64,000 nucleotides of DNA from Elusimicrobiota bacterium. GTDB taxonomy: Bacteria > Elusimicrobiota > Elusimicrobia > UBA1565. A program made the translations under genes and the position numbers. The stretch spans positions 5,298 through 69,297 of the forward strand of contig JBDREN010000083.1 in NCBI GenBank assembly GCA_043819795.1. The letters run 5' to 3'. The notes below the pieces were generated by a model that was given only the letters and a program-made list of their open reading frames with translations, was not told the DNA's origin and searched no databases. This document shows, piece after piece, positions 10,601-18,100 of the stretch. Within the stretch, counting starts at the first letter, position 1. The number at the start of each line of letters is the position of its first letter.

Positions 10601-12225
10601 CGGCGCACCTGCTCCAGCGCGATCTCGTAGCGGCGCACCAGCTCGGCCTCCCGCAGGTGCCACTGCTTATCGAGGTTCTTCTCCTTCTGGATGTACTCCG
10701 AGATCACGGTCTGCTTCCACGTCCGGAACTGCTCCTCGATCGTCTGCTGGGTCCTCTCCAGCTCGGCGACCCGGGCCTGGTAGGCCTCCTCGAGCGTCCG
10801 GTCGCGCTGCTCGAACTGCGACTTCAGGGAAGCCCGCTCGGCCTCGACGGCCTTCTCATGCTCCTCGAGGAGCTCCATCTTGCGGCGCGTCCACTCCTCG
10901 CGCAGCGCGTTCTCCTTCGCCAAGTACTGCTCCTGCATCTCCACGTGCTTGTGCTGGGAGGCCTCCTCGAGCGCCTTCTCGCGCTCTTGCACGCGGTTCT
11001 CGGCCTCCGCCCAGCGGGCGTTGAACTCGGCTTCGAGGGCGGTGCGTTGGCGGTCCCCGTCGCGCTGGACCTCGGCCTCCCGCCGCTCGAGGTCCCGGGA
11101 CCGCGCCTGATACTCCTCCTCGAGGGCCTTGGCGCGCTGTCGCGCCCGCTCGGCGGCTTCCGCCTTTTCCTTCTCGAGCTCGTCCTCGACGCGCTTGAGC
11201 AGCTGCGCCTCCTTACGGATGTGGCTCTGCTGCTGCTGGGTCTCCATCTCGGCGTAACGCGTCTCCACGCTCTTCACACGCTTCTGGAAGTCCTCCTCCA
11301 GCTCCCGACGCCGGCGCTCGAGAAGCCCTTCGATCTCGCGCGAGCGGTCGGCCAGCGCGCGGGCACGCTCCTCGAACTGCTCCTGCACGGCCGTATCCAG
11401 CTTCTCACGCGCATCCTTCGCGCGCTGCCACAAGCCGTTCTCGAGCTCCGCCCAGGCGGCCTGCAGCTCGGCCTCGCGCTTGCCGTACTTCTCCTGCAGG
11501 GCGAGCTCCTTGGACCGGAACTCCCCGAAGAGCTTCTCCTCGCGCTCCTGGAGCTTGAGCTCGCCCTCCTTCGCGGCGGCGGCCAGCACCCGCTGGAACT
11601 CCTCGTTCTTGCGCCTAAGATCGAGTATCTCGCGCTCCTTGAGCTCGAGCTCCGCCTCGCGGTTCTTCAGCGTGTTGAGGATCTCCTCGTCGCGTTTCTG
11701 GCGCAGCCGCTGCACCATATCCTGGTCGCGGTGGAAACGGTTGACGAGCTCGGCCTTCTCGCGCTGGGAGGCCATCAGCTCGGCGTCGCGCTGCTCGAGA
11801 ATGCGCCTGAGCTCCCGCCACTGCTCCTCCTTGGAGCGGTGCGTGCCCTTCCACTGCTGGACCTCTGCCGTCAGGCGGGACAGCTCCTCGTCCATGTGCC
11901 CGCGGTCGCGCTCCACGCGCGTCCGTTCCTCTTCGCGGACCTCGAGACGCACACGGTCGCGCCAGCGCTGCTCCTGATCCCGATGATTCTTGCGCTCCTC
12001 CTCCCAGCCTTTGGACTCGTCCTTCCATGCGGCGACCTGTCTCGTCAACTCCTCCTTCTCCTGCTGGAGCATCTGCTGTCCGTTCTGGGCTTCCTGGAGG
12101 TTCCCCTTGAGGCGCACATTCATATCCTGGAGGTCACGGATCGTGGCCACGGCCCCCCGGATCGCAAGTCGCGCAGCTTCCAGATCGGTTATCTCTCGAT
12201 ATGCCTCTTCATCCCATGGGTTCAT
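4627..12225 (-). CDS. giant (~2530 aa) coiled-coil sensor histidine kinase: ~2250 aa of E/R/K/A/L/Q-rich heptad sequence then HisKA (IAHQIRNPL) + HATPase_c (GTGLGLGVA)
   Basis: Single ORF 4627..12309; real start MNPWDEEAYRE at 12225 supplied by upstream repeat unit (GGGAGGcgaccATGA); no TM segments evident; internal 58-codon tandem duplication. Confidence 0.85.
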   Translation of the reverse strand: MNPWDEEAYREITDLEAARLAIRGAVATIRDLQDMNVRLKGNLQEAQNGQQMLQQEKEELTRQVAAWKDESKGWEEERKNHRDQEQRWRDRVRLEVREEERTRVERDRGHMDEELSRLTAEVQQWKGTHRSKEEQWRELRRILEQRDAELMASQREKAELVNRFHRDQDMVQRLRQKRDEEILNTLKNREAELELKEREILDLRRKNEEFQRVLAAAAKEGELKLQEREEKLFGEFRSKELALQEKYGKREAELQAAWAELENGLWQRAKDAREKLDTAVQEQFEERARALADRSREIEGLLERRRRELEEDFQKRVKSVETRYAEMETQQQQSHIRKEAQLLKRVEDELEKEKAEAAERARQRAKALEEEYQARSRDLERREAEVQRDGDRQRTALEAEFNARWAEAENRVQEREKALEEASQHKHVEMQEQYLAKENALREEWTRRKMELLEEHEKAVEAERASLKSQFEQRDRTLEEAYQARVAELERTQQTIEEQFRTWKQTVISEYIQKEKNLDKQWHLREAELVRRYEIALEQVRRAARMEMEKTKEEHDQRRQRDEADLFGRSEKMKQDYARLERDLEDRYDRREAEAKDAHAAEVRALKEAQGRHLLQQARHLDAEYERREAEWKLRVKNLKEGHQSELLEREKQLSEKDLELSRVREEFEKLDAEKRALWEDLQSRERRHEAERVSIQEAQKRREAQREEKYIEMERGLQELWTGKEREYLSRRQEALQAQAQRFAETVQALEAERQKEREQHAAALAEADSQLAVRFEAWKRDALAESEKEKEQWLERQRRMTIREREQQKEHARAHLEALNAESNEREGELAKRRDALQAYHRKREEELADEWRLRERRFIEEQQVVLTRERQSLDELYRSREETLHSNYVSLEKQLKDDRAHKAQLLEEESAEKLKRSLKEQEDGIQRKVRQSEAEFEVKRAAQLESQRAVLEEEYERKQLELEKLQAQLQKEMREKETRLDKSYLEREAELEKRWSQRESELLQKVDEERESYRARIRYETERIAGEMREAIAQREAELKNQQDNLEREYKRRLAESRAEMKKRNDAWLDHQRREIAKEYQHFQEEHRKAMAAQAAELESRVKDLDSRRQALEAEYKSKDESLGEDLRRREQAMVSEMQDNQSRERAALDALYREREDALQKNFLQLEAELKAEWEHKQDLSKREAEDRLAAELRSFTERLNEREARWEDESRRKLEAALEKQRAALEAEYDRREGELDRLRFELEKAIRSQEADLEKAHQQRLSELESDFRKREDAANNERAQAMERLERRKVESESERAEMHRAFEDRQREMDLVLRGREEAIERERTRIEDETGRKKRELETSRMDEEKRLQEREARLEREFEKRKEESRSALAARESELRAALVEERRRLQETYEEHERVLAERQAELIYKEKQLDQAAEQRQDELARKEKALEEARLALEERAREGEADLQRAYSAREEQLRAGFAKRDAELSARTQRERKAFQEELAHRRSLLESEHGDRAAEVESAVRQKEEELAAERERLEAELARRMRELDASKLQVEKSLRERETQLENAFRAREEGVRSASALRERELRAGFERDRETLAAEQQTLEQAVRARQAELERKTEELESARKRVEDSLRKREQALEESFAQSEAELRDALAMEQQKQEQGVRARQAELERQTEGLGAAQKRVEDSLRKREQALEESFVHREAELRKELADQRTELAARFERERQEQVREIESKSAALAERSRDVEKARAGLEAEYRNRQEELQAAYQARHGELERERAELAAEEVRRSRELESFKSGVAREYRERERALEKAVSEKEAELRRAREEAEAEVSGHLDAQREALREDWAKAKAELEVEVEESRRKLKARETELREAYARKETAMRESVEEREAELERERSDLRQSVAAEREALERARAGLDARRAELERDFRERETALQREHLGREEELQRAWKKREEALLNEVSEAQERNRAELRKSSEEMHVALRDEMARREEGLDAERAALQKEFLHKVEEARRGIRREERARYDRDLQTKEDDLRAQLKEKEEEFRLHAESLEDQLRKREDLLEKQGEERRLAHERDLDAQLEHERRLLRESQRAADEDQARRREELEREMRTVLAEKESALLAANRKRLVVERTRLEAEFDERRKELEEQSAVQVEQTARLQGERLQKQQETASSELHKREAELDARDKALKEREQSGEKRLMDESAQKEAEVERRREEVEELLRGTDKKLRERLKNEEAELERRRRKLDEEMTARERQSQGREDKLAGAEVDIERRQRELRQLRDRLLSGLKPEAETGRLPQVAFETELTDLVFGIAHQIRNPLGIIQSLAEDRLSGLWVGGKERATMDAILRAIGNLRERLEQLTDFTRPLGLKPQALEVEAWIDSAVAEVARQCDEKHIRIVADVAEGVPELRGDSERLKEALLHLLLNSIEAMPEGGTLTIRARYQAARGTVRVEVSDTGAGVAPEHVKDVGRPFYTMKAGGLGLGVAIAKRIVAAHGGSFEFRSKKDAGSTSTVTLSVEAKRG

Positions 12226-12348
12226 GGTCGCCTCCCATGGAGATGGACGCGGCCATCCCCTGCGCGATGCTCGGTCATGGTCGCCTCCCACGGCAGTCGA
12301 CGCGACCATTTCCTGCGCTATGCTCGGTCATAACACTGCCTCCAGGTA
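12222..12348 (-). repeat. two tandem 57-nt copies of SD/start-codon-bearing intergenic repeat (mini-ORFs MTEHSAGNGRVDCRGRRP* and MTEHRAGDGRVHLHGRRP*), with own GGAGG SD, ATGA-coupled to each other and to the giant HK start
   Basis: Reverse complement matches repeat at 50606-50719 and 59231-59397; internal 8-bp inverted repeat ATGGTCGC/GCGACCAT; GGGAGG 6 nt before terminal ATG. Confidence 0.7.
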
Positions 12349-12547
12349 GATACGTCCGCCCCCCACGATGGGGCGATGCCCTATAGCACGAACTCTCTCT
12401 TCAACGTTAGTGTATAGCCGCAACCGGAAAAATCAAGCACTCTCAGCCATTACTTGGCCGAGCCTCGGCGGGTTCCCAGATCCGACTCCTAGCCTAGGGA
12501 AAGGATAACGGGGGGTAATTACAGATTCTTTAACGAAAATCGGGGCC

Positions 12548-12774
12548 TAACAGTCCGTGGCAAAAGTCTTCCGGGGCCTGCGATCGCCTGGATGCGGCCT
12601 GCGCCCGCGTTGCTCCTCGGTCACACCGGGCCCCGGCAGGGGCCCAGTGCCGCACGACCTCAGGAAATGCTTCGGAGCGCTGTCATCCCGTAGAGGGATG
12701 CTACCTCGTCGCGCCTTGGCTCGGCTCGCCCCGGACGATTTCGCCATCCGAAATACTTTTGCCACGGACTGTTA
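12548..12774. mobile_element. MITE-like element: 20-bp perfect terminal inverted repeats TAACAGTCCGTGGCAAAAGT flanking ~187 bp, in intergenic region between two HK genes
   Basis: Left IR 12548-12567, right IR 12755-12774 (exact reverse complement); right IR overlaps stop codon of PAS-HK gene; symmetric spurious ORFs MAKVFR on both strands. Confidence 0.45.
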
Positions 12775-13839
12775 AGGCCGCGATCGAGCGGGGAAGACAA
12801 CGGTGACGGCCGTCCCTCGGCCGGCCTCGCTGTCGAAGGAGATGGTCGCCTCGTGCTCGGCCAGGACGCGCTTGGCGAGATAGAGCCCCAGACCCGTGCC
12901 GTCCTCTTTGGTCGTGAAGAAGGGCGCGCTGACCTTCGCCAACACCTCGGGCGCCATCCCCGCGCCCGAGTCCCCCACGACGAGACGCGCCCCCCCCCGC
13001 TCCGGGACGTCCGTGACGACGCGCAGGCGCCCCCCTTTCGGCATGGCCTCGATCGCGTTGACCAGCAGGTTATGGACCACGGCGCGGACATGCTGCTCGT
13101 CGAGGAGCAGTCTCGGGATGTCGCCGAGCCGCACATCGAGCTCGATCCGCTGCTTCTGGCACATCTTCTCGACGAGACGGACGACGCCGCGCGCCACCTC
13201 GTTGAGCGAGCCCTCGCGCAAGAGAGACTTCCCCACCTTGGCGAAGTCCAGAAGGGCCCGTATCGAAAGCGACCCGTGCCGGGCGTTGCGGAGGATCATC
13301 TCGAGGTTCTCTTTCATCTTGGAGTCGGGGGAGAGGGACTCGAGCCCGAACTCGGCCGTGCTGGCGATGACGTGCAGCGGCGTGCGCATCTCGTGAGCGA
13401 AGGTCGCCGCCATTCGCCCGACAGCGCTGAAGCGCTCCATCCTGACCAACGCCTCCTGGACGGCCTTGTGCTCGGGGGCCGTCTCGAAGTCGGCCACGGG
13501 GGGGCTGATCATGACGAGGAAGGCCTCGGGGCCCTTCCCCAGCGAGCGGACGGTCAAGAACACCCTTTCCGGGCTCCCGTCGCGGCGCGTCATCCGCGCC
13601 TCGTAGTTTTTGAGCACCTTCACGTTGCAGGCCGCCTTGAGCAATCCGACGCATTCCTCCCGCCTCGGGAAGAACTCCGCGAAGTCGCGATCGACAGCCT
13701 CCTCGAGGGGGACGCCAAGGAGCTCGGCGGCTCCGCGGGACCACGTCCGGACCACGCGGGAACCGTCGAGCCCGACGAGCGCATCCTCGGACTCGTCGAA
13801 CATGCAGGCGAAAAGGCGGTCTTTCAACCGTTCTTCCAT
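12772..13839 (-). CDS. PAS-domain sensor histidine kinase (PAS + HisKA FAHEMRTPL + HATPase_c)
   Basis: Motifs FAHEMRTPLHVI, NLLVNAIEAM, GDSGAGM, GTGLGLYLAKR. Confidence 0.85.
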   Translation of the reverse strand: MEERLKDRLFACMFDESEDALVGLDGSRVVRTWSRGAAELLGVPLEEAVDRDFAEFFPRREECVGLLKAACNVKVLKNYEARMTRRDGSPERVFLTVRSLGKGPEAFLVMISPPVADFETAPEHKAVQEALVRMERFSAVGRMAATFAHEMRTPLHVIASTAEFGLESLSPDSKMKENLEMILRNARHGSLSIRALLDFAKVGKSLLREGSLNEVARGVVRLVEKMCQKQRIELDVRLGDIPRLLLDEQHVRAVVHNLLVNAIEAMPKGGRLRVVTDVPERGGARLVVGDSGAGMAPEVLAKVSAPFFTTKEDGTGLGLYLAKRVLAEHEATISFDSEAGRGTAVTVVFPARSRP

Positions 13840-13979
13840 AGCTTTCCAGCGCCCCGGCGACGACCCCGGGACCGCGCTTCGCCGGTCCTGGCGCCGACGA
13901 CGGCAAGTATACCGCCTCCCCCGCGAAAAATCAATGACCGCTTCGCGACGTGACCGCTTCGTGACCGCCGTCGTGGGTC

Positions 13980-14008
13980 TTGCGAGGCTTCGACTTTTAC
14001 TTTACAAT
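13980..14008 (+). promoter_or_regulatory. sigma70-like promoter TTGCGA-17-TACAAT upstream of orphan gene 14029; preceded by three TGACCGC(TTCG) direct repeats (13935-13969)
   Basis: Near-consensus hexamers with 17-nt spacer; AGGAG SD 9 nt before ATG 14029. Confidence 0.45.
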
Positions 14009-14028
14009 TACGGACAGGAGCCCGACGC

Positions 14029-14919
14029 ATGAAGCCCGAGTCACCAACCGCAGCGCAGAAGCCGGCCGAGATCCGCGAGGGCCTGTGGAAGATCAAGCTG
14101 CCCAATCCGAAGTCCTTCTTCAAGATCGGGGTCGGCAAGAAGCACGCCCAGGCGAACTCTCTGTTCCTGGAGATCGACGGCAAGCGCCGCTTCGAGATCG
14201 GAAACGACTGCGACACCTGCCACTTCTGGTTCAAATGCCTGCAGGATCCTAAGATCTTCGCCCAGAAGAAAGTCGTCAACCTCCCGAAGTCCTTATCGGT
14301 GCCGCGCCCCCTCGACGCAAAGCTCATCCGCGAGATCCTCCCGGTGATCGAGCTCATGGACAAGGGGGATCACTACATATTCAACACGAAGCTCCAGCTC
14401 GCCGGACCGTACCGTTCCGACGACGAGTCCTCCTACTTCTACAACAGCGAGTTCATGGAGATATGGGACATCGAGGACCCCGCCTCCGAGGACCTCCTCT
14501 CCGGCTGGGAGCATTACGAGGGCAAGACCCCGCGCGTCTTTCGGCACGACGGTGTGATCGAAAAGCAGTTCGACTTCGTGATCCCTCTCGTCCCCCAACA
14601 ACGTCTCAAGCAGGAGAACATACGCGTCTACCAGCAGATGATCGCGGGCGGGGACCGGCCGCGGGTCCTGCTGCTGGGCATGCTCCACCGCCCCGTCCCC
14701 GGGAGCGTCTCCTCCGGACAGACGAAGAACCTGCATTCGTACTTCGCGGGCTTCGTGCTCGACGGGCACCACAAGCTGGCCGCCTATCAGCGCGCCGGGG
14801 TCCCGGTGAACTCCCTCGTAGTCTTGTCCCAGAAGGCCAGCAAGTACTTCCTGCTCGAGGGCGAATCCGCCCCTCAACGGACGCGCCTCGAGGACCGCCT
14901 GGCCTCGATGGCGACCTGA
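14029..14919 (+). CDS. hypothetical cytoplasmic protein (296 aa), lower GC than surroundings, no recognisable domain
   Basis: ORF with AGGAG SD and strong promoter; codon composition less GC-skewed. Confidence 0.6.
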   Translation: MKPESPTAAQKPAEIREGLWKIKLPNPKSFFKIGVGKKHAQANSLFLEIDGKRRFEIGNDCDTCHFWFKCLQDPKIFAQKKVVNLPKSLSVPRPLDAKLIREILPVIELMDKGDHYIFNTKLQLAGPYRSDDESSYFYNSEFMEIWDIEDPASEDLLSGWEHYEGKTPRVFRHDGVIEKQFDFVIPLVPQQRLKQENIRVYQQMIAGGDRPRVLLLGMLHRPVPGSVSSGQTKNLHSYFAGFVLDGHHKLAAYQRAGVPVNSLVVLSQKASKYFLLEGESAPQRTRLEDRLASMAT

Positions 14920-15167
14920 CCCGCCTCTTACACGAGCCCCTGTGGCGGAGCGTGGATCGTGCTGGGCCCTCCGGCCCTTTCGATCTCGCCACCCGGGACC
15001 AAGCGGCGGTGCCGGCGGCTTGGGTCCGGGCCTCAGCCGCCTCGGCCCACGCGCTCCTCCGAAAACGCTCCCGACGGGGACCCCCGATCCGCCTTAGGCC
15101 CTAAGTCCCGAGAAAGCATGGGCCCCCCGGCACTGGCCTTCTAGGACTTTTCCCCTATCCTATCGGT

Positions 15168-18100
15168 ATGCGGCGGACCAATGGGCCCAGGTGGGTTCTA
15201 CTCGCGGCCTGCGCGTTGAGCCTCCAGGGCGCCGCCCGCGCCGGGACCGGTCCCCGTCCCTCTCCGAAGAGACTCCAGGAAGAGAAGCTGCCCGGCGCCA
15301 TCGTCGCGAGGCTCCCTGTTCCCGCCGCCTTCGCGTCTCCGGGGGCCCCGGCTTCGACGCTCTCCTCTCCGGCGGTCCTGCTCGCGCGGGAGATCGATGA
15401 GCTGTTCGCCGGCCTGAGCAGTGAGACCAACGACGGCACGCGGGCTCTCCGCCAGCCGGCTCCGGAAAAAGCCCCGCCCCGGGGAACCGGCTCCGGACGG
15501 CTTTCGTCGCGATCGTCTCCCGCGGCGGGAACGCGCGAGCCCGCCGAGGTTTTCGCCGCCCTGGACCGACGGCTCTCCGACATCCGCGCCCGGATCATCG
15601 ATACGATCGACGATCCCGAGGAGGTCGCGATCCTCCTGGCCCGCGTCGACCGGATCCGTGGCGTCCTGGCCAAGCTCCGGAGGGCCGGGGAAACGGGCCA
15701 AGCCCGTTCCCTGTCCGGGGCGATGGCCGGACTGGCGCGGGCCCTCGGGCGGGGGACCGATGACGAGAACCTCTCCAGGTTCGAGACCCTGGTCGACCGC
15801 CTGATGCAAGCGCGGTCGCTGCCCCCCGACCGGCTCGGAACGATCTTCGACAACACGCCCGAGTTCCCGGACAGCGATGTTCTCGCCCCCGTCCCGGCGG
15901 AGGGCTTCAAGGCCCGGGCCCCGCGAGCAAGGGCGAGCGGAGCGGGCGTTTCGCAAGCGGCCCTGTTGGACATCGACCGCTACCCACGGCCCCTGACCGG
16001 GATCCGTGTCGACGGCGGCGTCGTTCCGAAGCCGAGAGGGCCGGGAACCTCGGCCAAGGCCGAGCCGGAGTCCGAGGTCGGCCGCCCACAGCGACGAGCG
16101 GTCACCGCTTCGCAGGGGCTTGAGCGCTCGGCTGTCGCGGCGCTCTCGCCCTTCGCGGGACTGAGCCCGAAAGGCCGCCAGGACCTGTTCCGAAAGGACC
16201 GGGCCGCTCTCAGGCGGGAGCTGCTCGCCGTCGGACTCCGGGCGCTCGAGGAGGGCGACGCGGAGCTCGAGCCGTATCGGGAGGATCTGGACGCCGCGGA
16301 CGGAAGGCTCTCCGGGATGCGTAAAGCGCTGCTGGCCCGGCTCGGGTTCGATGCGCCCCCGCACAACGACCAGGAGCGCAGCGGGCGGTTCGCGACTCTC
16401 ACGAAAGAAGCCCCCCATCTGTCTCTCTATTTCGCGCGGCGCGGGATTTACCAGATGCGCATGCGGCAGGCCCACGGCGAGCATGCCGTGCCGCCGGAGA
16501 CGCGCTTCGCACCCTGGGAACTCGGCATCGAGGACGGCAGCGAGAAAGCCGTCGTCTACGCTACGGCCAAGGACGGCGACCGCACGTTCTACGGGCTGCG
16601 CCGGGAGTTCCAGGACGGCTCCTCGCGCTTCGCGGCGACCGACGGAGCGGAGGGGCTGGTCGTCGTGGTGTCCCCCTCCGATAGCCGCGAGATCCGCACG
16701 CGTATCCGTTTCGACGACCAGGGCCGGCCGGATCGCACCCGGACCTCGATCATCGACACGGGGACCGGCAAGAGGATCCGGGAGGAGATCGCCGACATCG
16801 CGCGGGCGCTCACGCGCTTCGTCGATTACGATCAAGCCGGCGACGCGGTGAGGGTCCTGACCCTGGACAGCGGCACCGGCGAGCAGGTGGTGGAGGACCG
16901 CCGGCAGGGCCGCCGCGTCGCGACCGACAAAGACGGAAAGGTCACGATCACGCCGATCCGAGGCGGAGCCCAAGCCTGGCAGCAGCAGGGCCGGCTCGAT
17001 GAGAGCGGCCGCTTCATCCTCGACCGCCTGGTGCGCGAAGACGGCAGCGTCGTCGAGCGCGTCAGCCCGCACGTCCTGAAGATATCGCGAGACGGCAAGG
17101 CGCAGGGCTATGAGATCGTCGTCGACTCCATCTTCCATGGCGCCCGGGGGCCTGAGCGCGAAGCGGAGTCCTCCAGGATCGCCCGCGAGATCATCGCGGC
17201 GCTCGGCTACCAGGACAAAGACGACCGGCGCTCGCGCCCCCTTAGCAACTGGCTCTCCGACACCTGGACGAAGGACGAGCGGACGCGCGGCGTCGCGATG
17301 ACGGTCGATCCGCGCGGAAGGTTCCAGGTCGTCTACAGCTACAAAGACGGGACCAAGCGCATCGAGCGCGCCAAGTACGGCCTTTCGACCTCGTACGGCG
17401 ACGGGAAGCGGGAGCTCGCGCTCGTGACGCTGAGGCCGGTCCATACCGACCGCCAGGGCCGGGCGCGGCTGGACCCCCGGCGCTACCGCGAGTACCTGGC
17501 CGGCGGCGGCTACAACCAGTGGCATTCCACTTTCGAGTTCAAGAAGGCCGGCTGGTTCTCGAACGCGAAGACGATCGAGCACGTCTCCCTCATCCGCTAC
17601 GGCCGGGACGGAAGCCTTCCACGCCTGGGTCCCGGGAGCGGGGGCGAGCGGGACGGAGACTCCGGCAGCGGCCGCTGGACGGAACGCGGCCGGGAGAAGA
17701 AGGACGAATTCGTCAATGAGGTCGGCGGGACATCGACCTTCGGCATCGTGGGGACCGCGATCCATGAGGCGCCGGTGGTCGGGGACGTCCTGCAGGCCGG
17801 CGGAGCGGTCGGAAAGACGCTCTGGACGGGCATCATGGCGGCTCCGCCCACCTTCATCTATGCGGTCACCAAGGACACGGATTACGGCCTCGCCATGTCG
17901 GGAAGCTACGCGAAGAACCCCCTGGTGAACCGTCTGGTGGGAGACCAGGGACACCTCGACCGCATGGACGGCAAGATGTGGGAGGTCGTCCTTATCGAGG
18001 CCCGCGAAAACCGCCGAAAAGACCTCGATCAGATGGGCTACACCGAGGGGAATACGGACCCGGAGGAGCATCAGCGTTTGCTCTCCCAATGGCGCGGAGA

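Noticed and set aside
12226-12309. N-terminal extension MVASTAVGGDHDRASRRGWPRPSPWEAT of giant HK
   Set aside because: Encoded by the repeat element in a different register; conserved GGGAGG-N6-ATG places start at 12225.
4588-12333. Large plus-strand ORFs (4588..7587, 8437..10065, 10159..12333) and minus 6630..8558 overlapping the giant HK
   Set aside because: Leucine/arginine- or serine-rich antisense artefacts of a GC-rich coiled-coil gene.
15198-18089. 963-aa minus-strand ORF opposite the giant secreted protein; 29463..33101 + opposite the metalloprotease; 28383..29555 - ; 3351..4799 +
   Set aside because: Antisense GC-rich ORFs with R/G/P/A-dominated composition and no motifs.
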